A DNA stretch of 64,000 nt from Paraspadella gotoi (Eukaryota > Animalia > Chaetognatha), in the NCBI GenBank assembly GCA_051294375.1, contig CM119267.1, positions 7,606,683-7,670,682 on the forward strand, given 5' to 3'. Positions 33,212 to 44,823 of the stretch are shown here, piece by piece. The notes beneath the pieces are model-generated. The model ran no database searches. It was not told where the DNA came from and saw only the letters and a list, made by a program, of their open reading frames with translations. Position 1 is the stretch's first letter, and each line of letters begins with the position of its first letter. Position numbers and translations under genes: made by a program.

Positions 33212-34037
33212 ATGACGTCCGGCAGAAAAATAAAAACATGGACCTACGACAACGGAGGTAAAGAACACAAATTTAAAAACAAAACCTGTCCGAGTCGGAG
33301 TGTACATAATACCTTATTTAAACATTAAAAAAAAAGAGTGCCCAAGAGCGGAAATCTAACGAGAGTTAATCTTTCTCAATCGGAACGGTTTAGAATACAC
33401 TGGCGAGGTGGAGCACGGAAAGCGTCACGGACAAGGGACTTACAAGTGGACCACGGGGGAAAAGTTTAACGGCGCCTGGTTTACGGGACTGAGGGAAGGA
33501 AAAGGATTTCTGAAATACGCCAAAGGCACTAAACACGAAGGATTTTGGAAGGACGACGAGCCGTGGGTTGGGGTTGATTGTGTTAATTATCAATAATTTC
33601 AGCCCTGGTCGAGATGTTTTCTCAAAATTTATAGGGGAGAGGAATTGTGACTTGGGATCATGGAATACGATTCAAAGGAATTTTTCAAGGTCATACAGTC
33701 AATCTAAAGTATAACTAAAATGTTTAAGAAAATAAAAGGCCTGAAAGAAATATCTTGGGCCAACGCAGGATGGGCCTACGCGAAAGGTGAACTCACGGTC
33801 ATCAAAGACAACACAGTCCTATGGGCCGAATTAATCGACGACAAATGGGAACTCAAGGTCATAGAATTCTTTTATTGTTAAATTCCAGTTATATAAGAGC
33901 CTATAAACTATATGTTTACGTATGCTCAGATTCCGAACTCTATCCTAAAACGAAGCGAATACACGCTGTGGCACATTCCGGCAAACATCCACGAACGAGC
34001 GCTGTGGAGAGAAAGGGAGGCGAAAAAATCGTGGTAA
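33212..34037 (+). CDS. Small MORN-repeat protein, about 5 exons; the only plus-strand gene recognised
   Basis: MTSGRKIKTWTYDNG|EYTGEVEHGKRHGQGTYKWTTGEKFNGAWFTGLREGKGFLKYAKGTKHEGFWKDDEPW|GRGIVTWDHGIRFKGIFQ matches MORN Y-x-G-x-W-x-x-G-x-x-H-G-x-G repeats. The 3' exons are less certain. Confidence 0.78.
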
Positions 34038-34133
34038 AGATTGATTTAAGTTCAGCTACCGGAAATAGATTGTAATGTGAAGTCAAATAGAAAAATTCAA
34101 ATTTTGAAGACGACAACAAAATATAAAACTCCT

Positions 34134-34647
34134 TCACCGCTTTAACACAGATGAAGAAGTAGATTTGGCTATGCACTGATGTACGATGCTGTACATAAGC
34201 GGAATGGGTCTGTTCGAGTCGGGCACCTTCCAGGCTGAACTGGGAGTCTCTTCTAAGTTAAGTTCTTTGGTAAGGAATTCTCGGTCCAAAGGTTCTAGCG
34301 GTTGGCCGGCTTCGTGAAGCAGAGCCGAGCACGAATGATTGTAACCGTTGAATTCCAAATACTCCCTGGAAAAAATAAGGAAAGCTTAGTTGCGATAAGA
34401 ATGGTTCACAAAATTATGGGTGTCGCGGTTTGAACGATGCAATGACTAGCCTGATAAGTTCGTTAATGAGCAAATTTTCGTTGCTTAGAAACGGCTTTGC
34501 TATGCCATCTCCGGTAGGACCGTCCGAGTCCCGCGAATCGTTCAGCACTTTAAAAACTTCGGCTCTCATGTCGTCGCGCAACTTTTGCAGAGCGCCACTC
34601 TTTTCCAACGTCAGTTTTAATGAAGCCTTTACTTCTCGTTCGGCCAT
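34134..34647 (-). CDS. CEP20: LisH-domain centrosomal protein FOPNL/FOR20
   Basis: MAEREVKASLKLTLEKSGALQKLRDDMRAEVFKVL...PFLSNENLLINELIR|EYLEFNGYNHSCSALLHEAGQPLEPLDREFL...IPLMYSIV. Confidence 0.9.
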
Positions 34648-34750
34648 TTTAATTTTCTTCTTTCGCAACTATTTTGAGATTGAAAGAATTTCCAATAACG
34701 TAATTCTTTAATTTCAGTACTTAAGGGAGGGCAGAAAAAGGAAAGAAAGG

Positions 34751-36641
34751 TTAAACGGCCGTCGATCCTTCGCTGTCGCCATCGCTGCCGCTGCTCCCGC
34801 CGCTAGCGCAATAACTGCCGCTTTTATATTCAACCGTTCTTTCCGTCGCCGACGCCAGTGTTAGCGGAGTTTCTGAGAAAAGGGCTTGAAGGTTTTTAAA
34901 GTGACGAAAGGCCAACTGCAATGATCTGTTGCTCTCCAGGATGGCGTTCACGTCATCACGAAGTTGAGAATTAGAAGAGTCTACGGATGCATTTGGCTTT
35001 TTGACAGGCGTCGATTCGGCGACGGGCTTCAACGCTTCTATTTTCGGAGGCTCCGTCGAGAAGGTTCGTTCCAACGTTTCTTCGAGAGCTCTCTCCAAAT
35101 CTGGGACTTCTTTTCCACTCTCGCCGCGGGTCGACGTCGCTTTCTCGATCCTCCGACTCTCCTCGTCGCTTTGCAGAACTTCGATCTCGACGTCCTCCAA
35201 AGCGACGTGCGCTTGTGCAACGAAGAGCATGTTCTTCAGCTTCTCAACCGGGCGCTTATCTGGATCGTGTCTCACGGCTATTCTTCGTTCCCACGATCGA
35301 TCGCCGTCGAGCTGAGTCTGAAGAGTGGATTCCGCGTTTTCATCGCGTTTATCGTCGTCCGAATCAGGATCCTGAATCCATGTCTTCGATCGTTCTAATT
35401 CTCTATCGTGAAGACCATCTCTGCTGCCGATGAAAGTCTTTCGTCCGTATGCGGATTTCGAGAGCAAAACGTCGGTGGCAGTTTCGACGGAACCAACTTC
35501 GATGCGAGCAGAAGGGTCCTCGGAACGTTTCTCGGAAACTCGATTGGATTTTGGCGCGGGAATGCTGCCACCGCGTTTAATTTGGCCCGATTTACTAAAC
35601 GCCCTATCAGCAGCTCGACCTCCAACGTCAAATATTATCGCCTCTTTGCCTTTCGAATCGCGAGTGCGTCGATTTTGGGGAAACGTTTTTTTCTTCGTCG
35701 GCGTCGCTTTAGCTCGGAGGAATCGGTCGTGTCTGAGCTTTAACCTTTGCAGTCGCAAATCCTGCTGGCGAAAAAGGTGTTCCAGCCGGTCGTGATATGA
35801 GACGTCAGCCTGCGAGTCGCTTGGCGTTTTTACCGCGTCTACGCCATTGTCAGTCAAAATGGCGGAATCTTGAGAGGAAAGAGTTTCGATCCAAGAGGGA
35901 ATTCGCATCGTTGCTCCTTTTTCGTTCTTTACGGCGTCGATCCAACTGGGATGCTTAATTTTTTGACTGGATACTAATTGAGTTCGGATGGTGCTGATTG
36001 GCGCACCCTCTTTCGTCGTCGTACCTGTCGCGACGTCAGATAGGCCTGAGATGGCCTCCAACCAAGATGGCGCGCCTTTTGATACACTGAGATGATCGGC
36101 GTCGTCTATCCAAGACGGAGATCTTGGTTTGCTTTTCGGCGCCGTCTCCGTCGTGCCAACGAGAAGTTTTTTTTCTTGGTCATAGTGACTTCTTATGCTC
36201 GCCACAGCCTTGTCCTCTTGAGCGTTGATCTTAAGTTCGTCAACGCAGTCGATTAGATGTTGATAAAAGTCTTTTCTCGAGTCAAAAGGGAGAGACGGTT
36301 CATCTGCTTGATCCAGTCTCATCCGACGTAAAGAATCGTCCAAATCTAAAAATTTACACATTTCGTCTTACAAAGGAGATTCAAATTTTTGCCCTCTCGG
36401 TTGTCAATGAAACCTTAACATTAAAAATTCATAACTTACTACAATCCTTATCCCTCGTCTTGTCTTTTTTCAGCTTTTCTTTCTTCGATTTCCGCGCAGA
36501 AGGTAAGTTTTGATAATCGGTAATTTCCGAATTAGTTCTTTCAAAGTCACTTATGTATTCTTCTAAAGTTTCCGACGCAGTCTTTTTCGAAGGTTCAAAA
36601 CAATATAACGAAGAAAGCGTCACTTGAACCCCTTTGTCCAT
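34751..36641 (-). CDS. Uncharacterised ~600-aa protein with repeated PSWI/L motifs and coiled coils (2 exons)
   Basis: ORF 36429-36641 splices in frame to the 536-aa ORF 34751-36361. It contains four P-S-W-[IL]-[DE] motifs. Confidence 0.75.
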
Positions 36642-36842
36642 GGTTGTGAAACTAGAAACTTAAATGGAAGTTTGGCCACGATATATTTTATAAAACCCAT
36701 GTCAAAAACTTTAATTTTAAAAATCTTAATACGTTAACTTTTCGAGAAATAGGAAAACAATAGAAAAAAAAAGAGATGACGACGCGCCGTGTGGAACTCG
36801 CGCGATTATTCGTTTCGATCGCGACCCGAGGGCGCCCAGTCT

Positions 36843-37719
36843 TTACATTTCGCTTCTCTGCTCCTTCAGCTTCTGTCGTTTCAACTTCTTCGTCGACTGC
36901 TTCTTTTTCTTCGGCTCTTCGTCGCCGGATCCCTTAACAACGACGTCGTCCTTCTCCGTCATGATCACCTGAAGGGAAATGGGCGCTTTAACATTAGATA
37001 CTTTTAGCTTGATTGCTTTCAACAACAAAATAAATATTTTTGGGTTTTAATAAAGTTTATTAAAATTATTCTTTGGAAAGAAAACCAAATTATATTACTA
37101 AAAGTAAGCAATCGGTATTCCATATCGATATTACCTCGATATGACACGGCGAAGACATGTAGGCGTTGATTCTACCGTGAGCTCTGTACGTACGACGCCT
37201 CATTTGAGCCGCGCGATTGACTTGAATGTGAGTGATCACCTGAAATTAATTTTATACTGTTAGCAGCAATGAAAACAAGTGAAAAAGGGTGCTTATTTAT
37301 GTGCCATACCATGTGATCGACGTCAAGTCCCTTATAATCGGCGTTGGATTCGGCGTTTTTGAGGAGCGAGAGCAAAAACTCGGCAGACTTCTTGGGCCAC
37401 CGCCCCTGGCTTCCAGAAGCGTTCCAGGATTTGGCCTGGGCGTGGCGTCCGGGACCTCCGACGTAACGGCGGAAGGGAACAATTTCCTTTTTTTCGATGA
37501 CGTTCTTGAGAAAGCGGGTCGCTCTGAAACGCGTGAAATAAGATTTAATTCGAAATTAATATTGAAATTAGACGAGTGAAGGAATAGAAACCTTCTCAAT
37601 GGCATCCCGCGGATGGCTCCGGCGGTTTCGCGCGTATTCTTGTAATGAACGCGAAGATTGGCGCCCCTCGCCTTGACCGACTTAGACGGGTTTTCCGGCT
37701 CGCTCGCGTAACGCGTCAT
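36843..37719 (-). CDS. RPL17: 60S ribosomal protein L17 (uL22)
   Basis: [73 protein letters not shown]-terminal [15 protein letters not shown]. Confidence 0.97.
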
Positions 37720-37873
37720 CTCTAATTATCTCAGAAAACTAAAAATAACGATGCGAATAACAACTTCAATTGCCGAAAAGCAAATTAATAATAGTAAAAA
37801 TAATATCACGAAAAGAAACCAATGAAAATATATAAGGAAAAGTTCCCAATGCTTCAAAGGTTGATGGGAGGTA

Positions 37874-39260
37874 TCACAAAATCTCTACAGAGGGATTCGA
37901 AAGCACTTCAGCCCCCGACTCATGACGTAATAGAGCATCCTTAACGGCATCATGCCGTCCACCGGCGAATCGCCCGAGACTGCCGTCGGCTCTCACGACG
38001 CGATGGCACGGCACCATTAACATCACCGGGTTGTTTCGCATGGCCGATCCGACAGCCCGCGCGGCGCCAGGGTTATTGGCAATTGTCGCCAAGGAAGAGT
38101 AAGTGACACGTGATCCGAAGCCGACACGCCGACGCAAGGAGTCGAGGACGCGGGGACGGAAAGAGGAGAGATTCTAATAAGAAAAGACAAGAGAGAATAA
38201 GGAAAGAGAAAACTGAGAGGAGCGAAGGTGGAAAAAATGACGAAAAAAAAAGATAAAGAAGAGAAAGAATATTAGGATGAGATGGAAGCGAGAGACAAAT
38301 GAAAGAACGAATTCAAGATAATGTAGTGAGCAAACGAGAGTAAACAGAAAGGGAGAAAGGCAAGTCATGAAGCTTTGTTCATTTTGCTATAGCCTATAGC
38401 TTTTTCGCTAATTTTATCTTTTTTCTATTGTCCTTTTTTTTACCGATTTCTTTTTTTTTGGCATTTTAAGTTTATTAAATGGTTATATTAAAAAATCTTA
38501 AAATATAGTGATCTCGCCAGACGTTACTATCAAAAAAAAATTAATGAAAAAATCCGGAAAAAAAATGAATGATTGATGTATTAACAAATTATTGATATAA
38601 TAATAATTGATTGATGTAATAGTAATTGACTGATTTATGTAATAGTAATTGGCTGATTTATGTAATAGTAATTGATTGATTGATATAATATTGATTGATG
38701 TAATAATAATTGATTAATACGATGATAACTAATTATTAAGGCGATGATAACCAAAATATTGATGCGATGATAATCATTCATTGATACGATAATAGTCATT
38801 CATTGATACATTGATAGTCATTCATTGATACGATAATAGCCATTCATTGATACGATGATAGCCATTTATTGATACGATAATAGTCATTCATTAATGCGAT
38901 GATAGTCATTCAGAAGAAGCAGAGGCGGTCCTTAATGACGCCCAAAGCGGGTTTTAGCCCGTCTGGCGAGATAAAAAAGAATATTTTTACCCCAGAAAGC
39001 AAACAGATCTTCGGGGTCTCCGGCAATGGAGAGACTCTCTCGAAATAAGCCTTGAGCCAGAGCAACGACTGTTCCACCGTGGGTGATCGGTCGCAAGTTT
39101 GTTTCGTTTCAAAAGAAATCTGTTTTGACGACATTGACTGAGATTCGCTCATGCCGAGTTCGTGGACGCCGTTGGTGCAGACGACGAGTTTGAGGGGGCC
39201 AATGGGTGAAGAAATATGTAACGTTTCGCCCGCTCCATCGCAATTGCTCTTTACGGTCAT
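37874..39260 (-). CDS. MGMT: O6-methylguanine-DNA methyltransferase
   Basis: Exon 1 ISSPIGPLKL...WLKAYF. Exon 2 VTYSSLATIANNPGAARAVGSAMRNNPVMLMVPCHRVV, with the PCHR active site. Confidence 0.95.
38511..38978 (-). mobile_element. Helentron/HINE-like non-autonomous element with subterminal inverted repeats and internal minisatellite (MGMT intron)
   Basis: ATCTCGCCAGACG at 38511-38523 is inverted to CGTCTGGCGAGAT at 38960-38972. Between them are degenerate ~20-22 nt tandem units (tgattgatgtaatagtaat; attcattgatacgataatagtc). One end is shared with 30845-30909. Confidence 0.6.
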
Positions 39261-39458
39261 TTTTAACAAAAAAATATAAACTGTTACGAATCTGAAAATT
39301 ATAAAACAATTAGGAAAGCTCGAAACGGATCTAAAAACTTTTAACGTTTAAATTTCTGAATCGAAAATAAAACTTGTAATTTATTAATGACAGAAGCGTC
39401 TCTATTATCAACGACTTTCTTTCTCGAGCTCTTCATGCGTCGGTGACGCAGGCTCCCT

Positions 39459-40627
39459 TTAGACGGAATCAAGAACCGGAGGCTCATAGCCCTCGGGCCG
39501 CGAAACGACCTCGCCCTCGGCCGTCTCCATAGCCACCGCGCCCTTCCCTTCGCCGTGAAGCTCCAACAACTTTCCGAGGTCGAAGCGGGGGCGCTTCATC
39601 ACCTTTAGAAGAGGTAAAAGGAAGTAGTTATTAGCAACCAAAACATTCGTGATGTCAGCAATAGACCAACCTTGACTTTGTTGATGAAGACGTCGTACAG
39701 CGGATAGATGGACTGACAGGACTTCTCGATGTCTTTGCCGATCGAGTCGGGGATGAGCTTGTTAACGACCTCCTTCAAGTCGCTGCTGCTCACCTCCTTG
39801 CTGATGATGTCAAACATCTTCCGGCGAATTTGCTGCGGAAACGAGAAGAACCATGTTCGAATTCGGTTTGCTCAAGTCTCAGCGAAGTGACATAAGTTAC
39901 ATTCATAGAAATTTTTTTCTCCAGCAATTTTGAAGAACACCGATGAATCAACTCCCAAATTTTGAAAAAAGTCTTCGGCCGTACCTTGACTTGCTGAGTT
40001 TGAGCGTAAGACGTCTTCTTAATCTGGTTCTGACGTTTCTTGGTGAATCCAACACAGAAGAGACGAAGGAGGAATCCGTCTGTCGTCTTCACGTCGAGTC
40101 GAGCTTCGATCATAGTCTGCCACTTTTTCACCATGGACCTTAGAAAAATAGAGCATTAGCGAAAGGTCTCAAAATTCCTTTTTGCCCACCGCCCGTAAAT
40201 GTTCCTGCGGCTCTCAAACCTCTTTTTATCCGTGGTAAGGGTCATGCCGTGAAAGTTGGTGAGGCAGTTCCTCCCTTGAACCTCCTCGCAAATGAGGCGG
40301 AACTTTCTGAAGGCGACTTCGTCGTTCTGGAGATCCGCCAAGGAAACCTCGTAGACGCGACCTTTGAGGCTGTCGGAGGCGATGCGGGTGCCTTCAGTTC
40401 AAGGAGGAAAACCAAAGAGATAAAACGTGTTTTTAATTTGACAACGGATATGACTTCGAAAACATACCGGCGGTCTTATTGACGGGGGTCTTGCAAATGC
40501 CCCGGGTGTTGAACATGACGGGGGCGCGTACGTCGTACCACTCCTTCCTCGTGAAAGGGTCAACCACCTTTTTCTTCTGACCCTTCTTTCCTCCTTTCGT
40601 TAGACGCTTGTTCTTACCGACTGCCAT
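39459..40627 (-). CDS. RPS3A: 40S ribosomal protein S3a (eS1)
   Basis: [73 protein letters not shown]. Confidence 0.98.
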
Positions 40628-41397
40628 TTTTTTGGGCTTTTCTTACTTTCTATTTAACTTGAATAACAAACGGACACAAATAGTAAGAAAGTGATAAAAA
40701 GCTTATTTAACTTAACGTACTGCTGAAACTTTCAATATAGAGATACATTTTTAAAAAAAAATATTATAGTAAAGTTTCGCAGGATCCAGTCTTGATTAGG
40801 AGACTCCCGACGGGTCCTTTGTAACGCAGAATTGGGCCGCACGTGATAATCGCCATTTCTTCTGCGTTACCACACAAGAAACCGCTGGGCAGTGGGCACC
40901 ACGACGAAATAATCCAAGTCTAACGAATGACTATTTCAGAGAGATAAATTTAGGGATGAAGTTAGGATCGGTTTTAGTGGTGCACGCATCCAAAGAGTAA
41001 AACAAAGTTTGTCGCAAAAAACAGAAATTTTTTAAAAGGTTCACCAAAATAACATCGTGAGAACGGTTCATTCAGCCAGGCCACGCCGAGACATTAGAAG
41101 GCGGATTTGGACGCCAGCAAAACTTTTAAAGCAACGACTCCTCGCGATCAACTCCCTCCGACTATTTGATCATTTGTTTCTCATTGAATTCAAGTGTGAT
41201 TATATATCATATGATTATTTATGAAATTGGTACAACCAATTTATATATATATTATATAATAATAAATTTATATCATATTATAATTTATAAGAAACAAATA
41301 TGATAGGAATTTAATACAATTAGCAGTTATGGATTGGGTGAAATTTTACGCTAAACTTTACCCTCAGGTTTTTCGCAAATGTTAAAATCAAACGACA

Positions 41398-41497
41398 TTA
41401 TACAGTATACTGTACAATATACAGTTTATACACTATATATACACAATATACACTATACATACACTACACATTATACACTATATTATACACTATATAC
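41398..41497. repeat. Degenerate (TATACAC)n microsatellite
   Basis: tatacactatatatacacaatatacactatacatacactacacattatacactatattatacactata. Confidence 0.7.
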
Positions 41498-42020
41498 AGC
41501 AGATAGTAGATCTTCAACTTCTTATTTCTTAGAATAAAATTTGGTTGCAATATTTTTACACCTTCACTCACGAAGAAAATTTATTTTACAATTTACTATC
41601 TGTTAATTTTTTAAAGTTTAGTTGAGTAAATCTAGCCAAGTGGTTGAAAAAAAAAAAAGATGGATAAACAAGATAATTTATTCAATGCTTAAGTCATAAT
41701 TTCAATAACAAAAATTACAATGTCTACAATAACAAAAAGTATAAAAAAACAACTTTACAGCGAAAAGCTGTTACACAATTATGGTGAATTCCCAGAGAAA
41801 TGATATCCACAACAAAGCAAATTACTCCTACAAGTTCGAGGCCAACGGCTTGACACCACTTGACACCACCGGTCTGACGAAAAAATGTTTTTTCCACCTG
41901 GCTCAAATGACGGAAAATATAGTTCAACCCTCACTCTGCACTCCCTTGCTTAATTCTTCACTTAGTAGTTTTAAATAATGTTACTAGAAATGACACTGAA
42001 AATTAAAAACTAAGAAATAA

Positions 42021-43647
42021 CTAAGTTGCTCTTGTAGAGAAGAATAGTTTTTGTGTATTTTCAAAGCAAGCTTCCGTCAATTCTTCCAAAGTTTCGCCGC
42101 GCGTTGTCGATACTACTTCCGCTACCTTGAAAATGCATACGAAAAAAGACTAAGTAATTAATTAGTAAGTAGGACTAAGTAAGTAATTATGTACAAAAAC
42201 CAAGAAAAAGCTCGGAATTTTGTCAAACCAGACCTGGATTATATTGGCGGGTTCATTACGTCCCTTGACACCCATCGAAGGATCCCACTTCGCTGGCTTG
42301 TTGGCCACAGGAATTTTGCTTTTAACCAGACCAGATCCTGTTAGAACGTAAATCGAATCACACTATCATTTTTGAATCAAGCTTCTAATGTTATTCCGTT
42401 TCTGACCTGCGTGACTGTTCTTAATTTCGCACCAGGGGGCGTCAGTTTCTAACACGAGTCGATTCAGAGGAATTTTCGCCACGACCTCTAAGTTTTCCTT
42501 CGTTTTCAAAGAGCATCCGTTCAGTCCGATGAAGAGATCCAGGTCCAAAATTGACTCTGCGTCTTTCCATGTCCCGTCGAAAGAGTGGACAACTCCGCCT
42601 TGTGAGATACATTCAATCAATCAATCGAAAAATCAATCAATAAGTCATCATCGGTGTTATCGTTGTCGTGATCGCCATCATTAATTATTTAATTAATTAA
42701 AAATTAATTAATTCACTATTTTATTATGCTTTTTTTATAATGTTCTTTGTTATTACTTTAATTATTGTAATAAATTAAATAATTTATTATTTTTTCATTA
42801 ATTAAGTAAACAATTAACTAATTAATTACCACTTATGATCGTGGGCAGATCAGGCATTGTTATCTCAAACTTGTTTTGAGAGAACTAGATGTTATAAAAG
42901 GTGTTCAATTTTGGCCCGCCTTAATACTCACCCTTTACTCTGTCGCGATGCCGGCGCATCAATGGAAGGAAATCCTCGGCGGCGTTTCTCAAATGAAGAA
43001 ACATGGGAAGCTTCGATTCTTCCGCCAAATCGAACTGACGCTAAAGGAATGGTTATCAAGTTTTATTCTAACCTTACATAAGTATAAAAGAAATTAGAAT
43101 TTACTTCAAAGTACTTTAATTGAGTTTCCTTGTCGCAGAAATGTAGACGGTCATAGTCGAGGCCACATTCCCCGACGGCGACAACGTTTTCCGCATTCGA
43201 AGAGGCAAGTGACGCCAAAGCTTCGTAATAGGCTTGGGCATTGGCTTCGGTTTTGCAGTCTTCAGCATAGCCGGCCGGGTCCTCGCGGTTGGGGCCGAAA
43301 AGGAATTCCTTACATCGAGTCGGATGACAACCCACTAAGTAATAAAGAGGATTTAGCTTTTGATATTTATTATTTTTCTAACGATAACAACGAGAAAAAC
43401 TGCGAAAGTCGTTAAATGGGTCACCTGTGGCTGTTAACCTGGGATCGGTTTTGGCCAGATTCACGGCCTCCTCGCTCTCCTTCAAGCTGCCTCCGGTGAC
43501 GACGATCTTCTCCACTCCCCCTCGCCACGCGCGCTCCAACACGCGAGTCAAGTCGTCCTCGTGCTTCCGGGTTCCGTGATAAACGCCGCGGAAAACGGGA
43601 TCGGTCAGATTGACGCCGACATCGATGAATTTACGGGTCAAACTCAT
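42021..43647 (-). CDS. TATDN1: TatD DNase domain-containing protein 1
   Basis: [72 protein letters not shown]. Confidence 0.96.
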
Positions 43648-44107
43648 TTTTTCGCTTTTGTCACTGAAATAAATTTATAAGGCCGCCCCATGAGAATTAT
43701 TATCACTAAACAAAAGAGACAAACTGGAATTATCCACAGTAATTTGAAGAAATCGGGAGTCCGAAAGGAATACTCATCCGAATCAAAATGAGAATGAAAA
43801 GAGTGAAAAGCTATGTATAGTCGAATCCATGCAAATAATTCATATCCGAGTCCCTTAATATCAGTCCATTGAAATTTGATTTAGGTTGGAAACTTGCAAT
43901 TTATGAATTTTTTCAAGATTATTTTTTTAAAAATTTAATGTTTTTATACTTATTTTCTTAATTTAAATTTTAACGGGATTAATAATTTTAATGTTTTATT
44001 TGTCGAACCCTCCCAATTTTTATAAAAATGGTTTTATTCCATTCTCAATCCTGAATTTACTATCTTGGAAAAAAGCATATCCCATTTTCCGTAGAGGATA
44101 TTTATTT

Positions 44108-44226
44108 AAAAAATTGTTTGATTTTATAAAAATTAAAATATTTCCGAATCTATATTAAATTTTTTTTTATTGAAAAAAAAAATCAATATAAATTCGGAAA
44201 TTTTTATAAAATCAAACAATTTTTTA
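44108..44226. repeat. AT-rich palindrome (core of a foldback-like element)
   Basis: aaattgtttgattttataaaaa...atttccgaat pairs with attcggaaat-ttttataaaatcaaacaattt. Confidence 0.6.
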
Positions 44227-44823
44227 ATTTCAATAACTTTATTTTATTTTTTTGTAGATCAAATTGTTTAAAAGTTACTAGCAAAAAAAATTTATTTAAT
44301 TTTTTACTATTTTCAATATTTATTTATTTTATTTTAAATAAAAATAAATATTTTTTAAATTTTTTTTAAATTTAATAATGCTAAAGGCATTATACCTTTT
44401 TTTGGTTAAAAAAAATACCATTATAACTTTCAGAAAAACAAATGTATAACATTAACATCAAGCCTAAAAAGAATTGTGTTAAAAATATAAAAAAATATTT
44501 CATTGTTAAACTTCAATTTGCTGTACGAGAGCATGCCCAAACAAATACAGGCAATAATTAATGCTGAGGGAAAGAATACTAAATATTGAAAAACTTTTAA
44601 CTATATTTTATATATTTTTATTGAATAAATATATTTTCAACAATTATGTAATATACTTTTTTCCTAGATAGTATTTGAAGATATTTGTTACAAAAATATT
44701 AACCTTAAATTCCCTATTCAGACTCCGTTGAGTAACCATGTGCAAAGAAAGTAAAAGACAAAACAATTTTGACTAGCTTCTACCGTTCGAAAAATCGAAC
44801 GCCCTTTTTTCGCCCCGAGCTCA

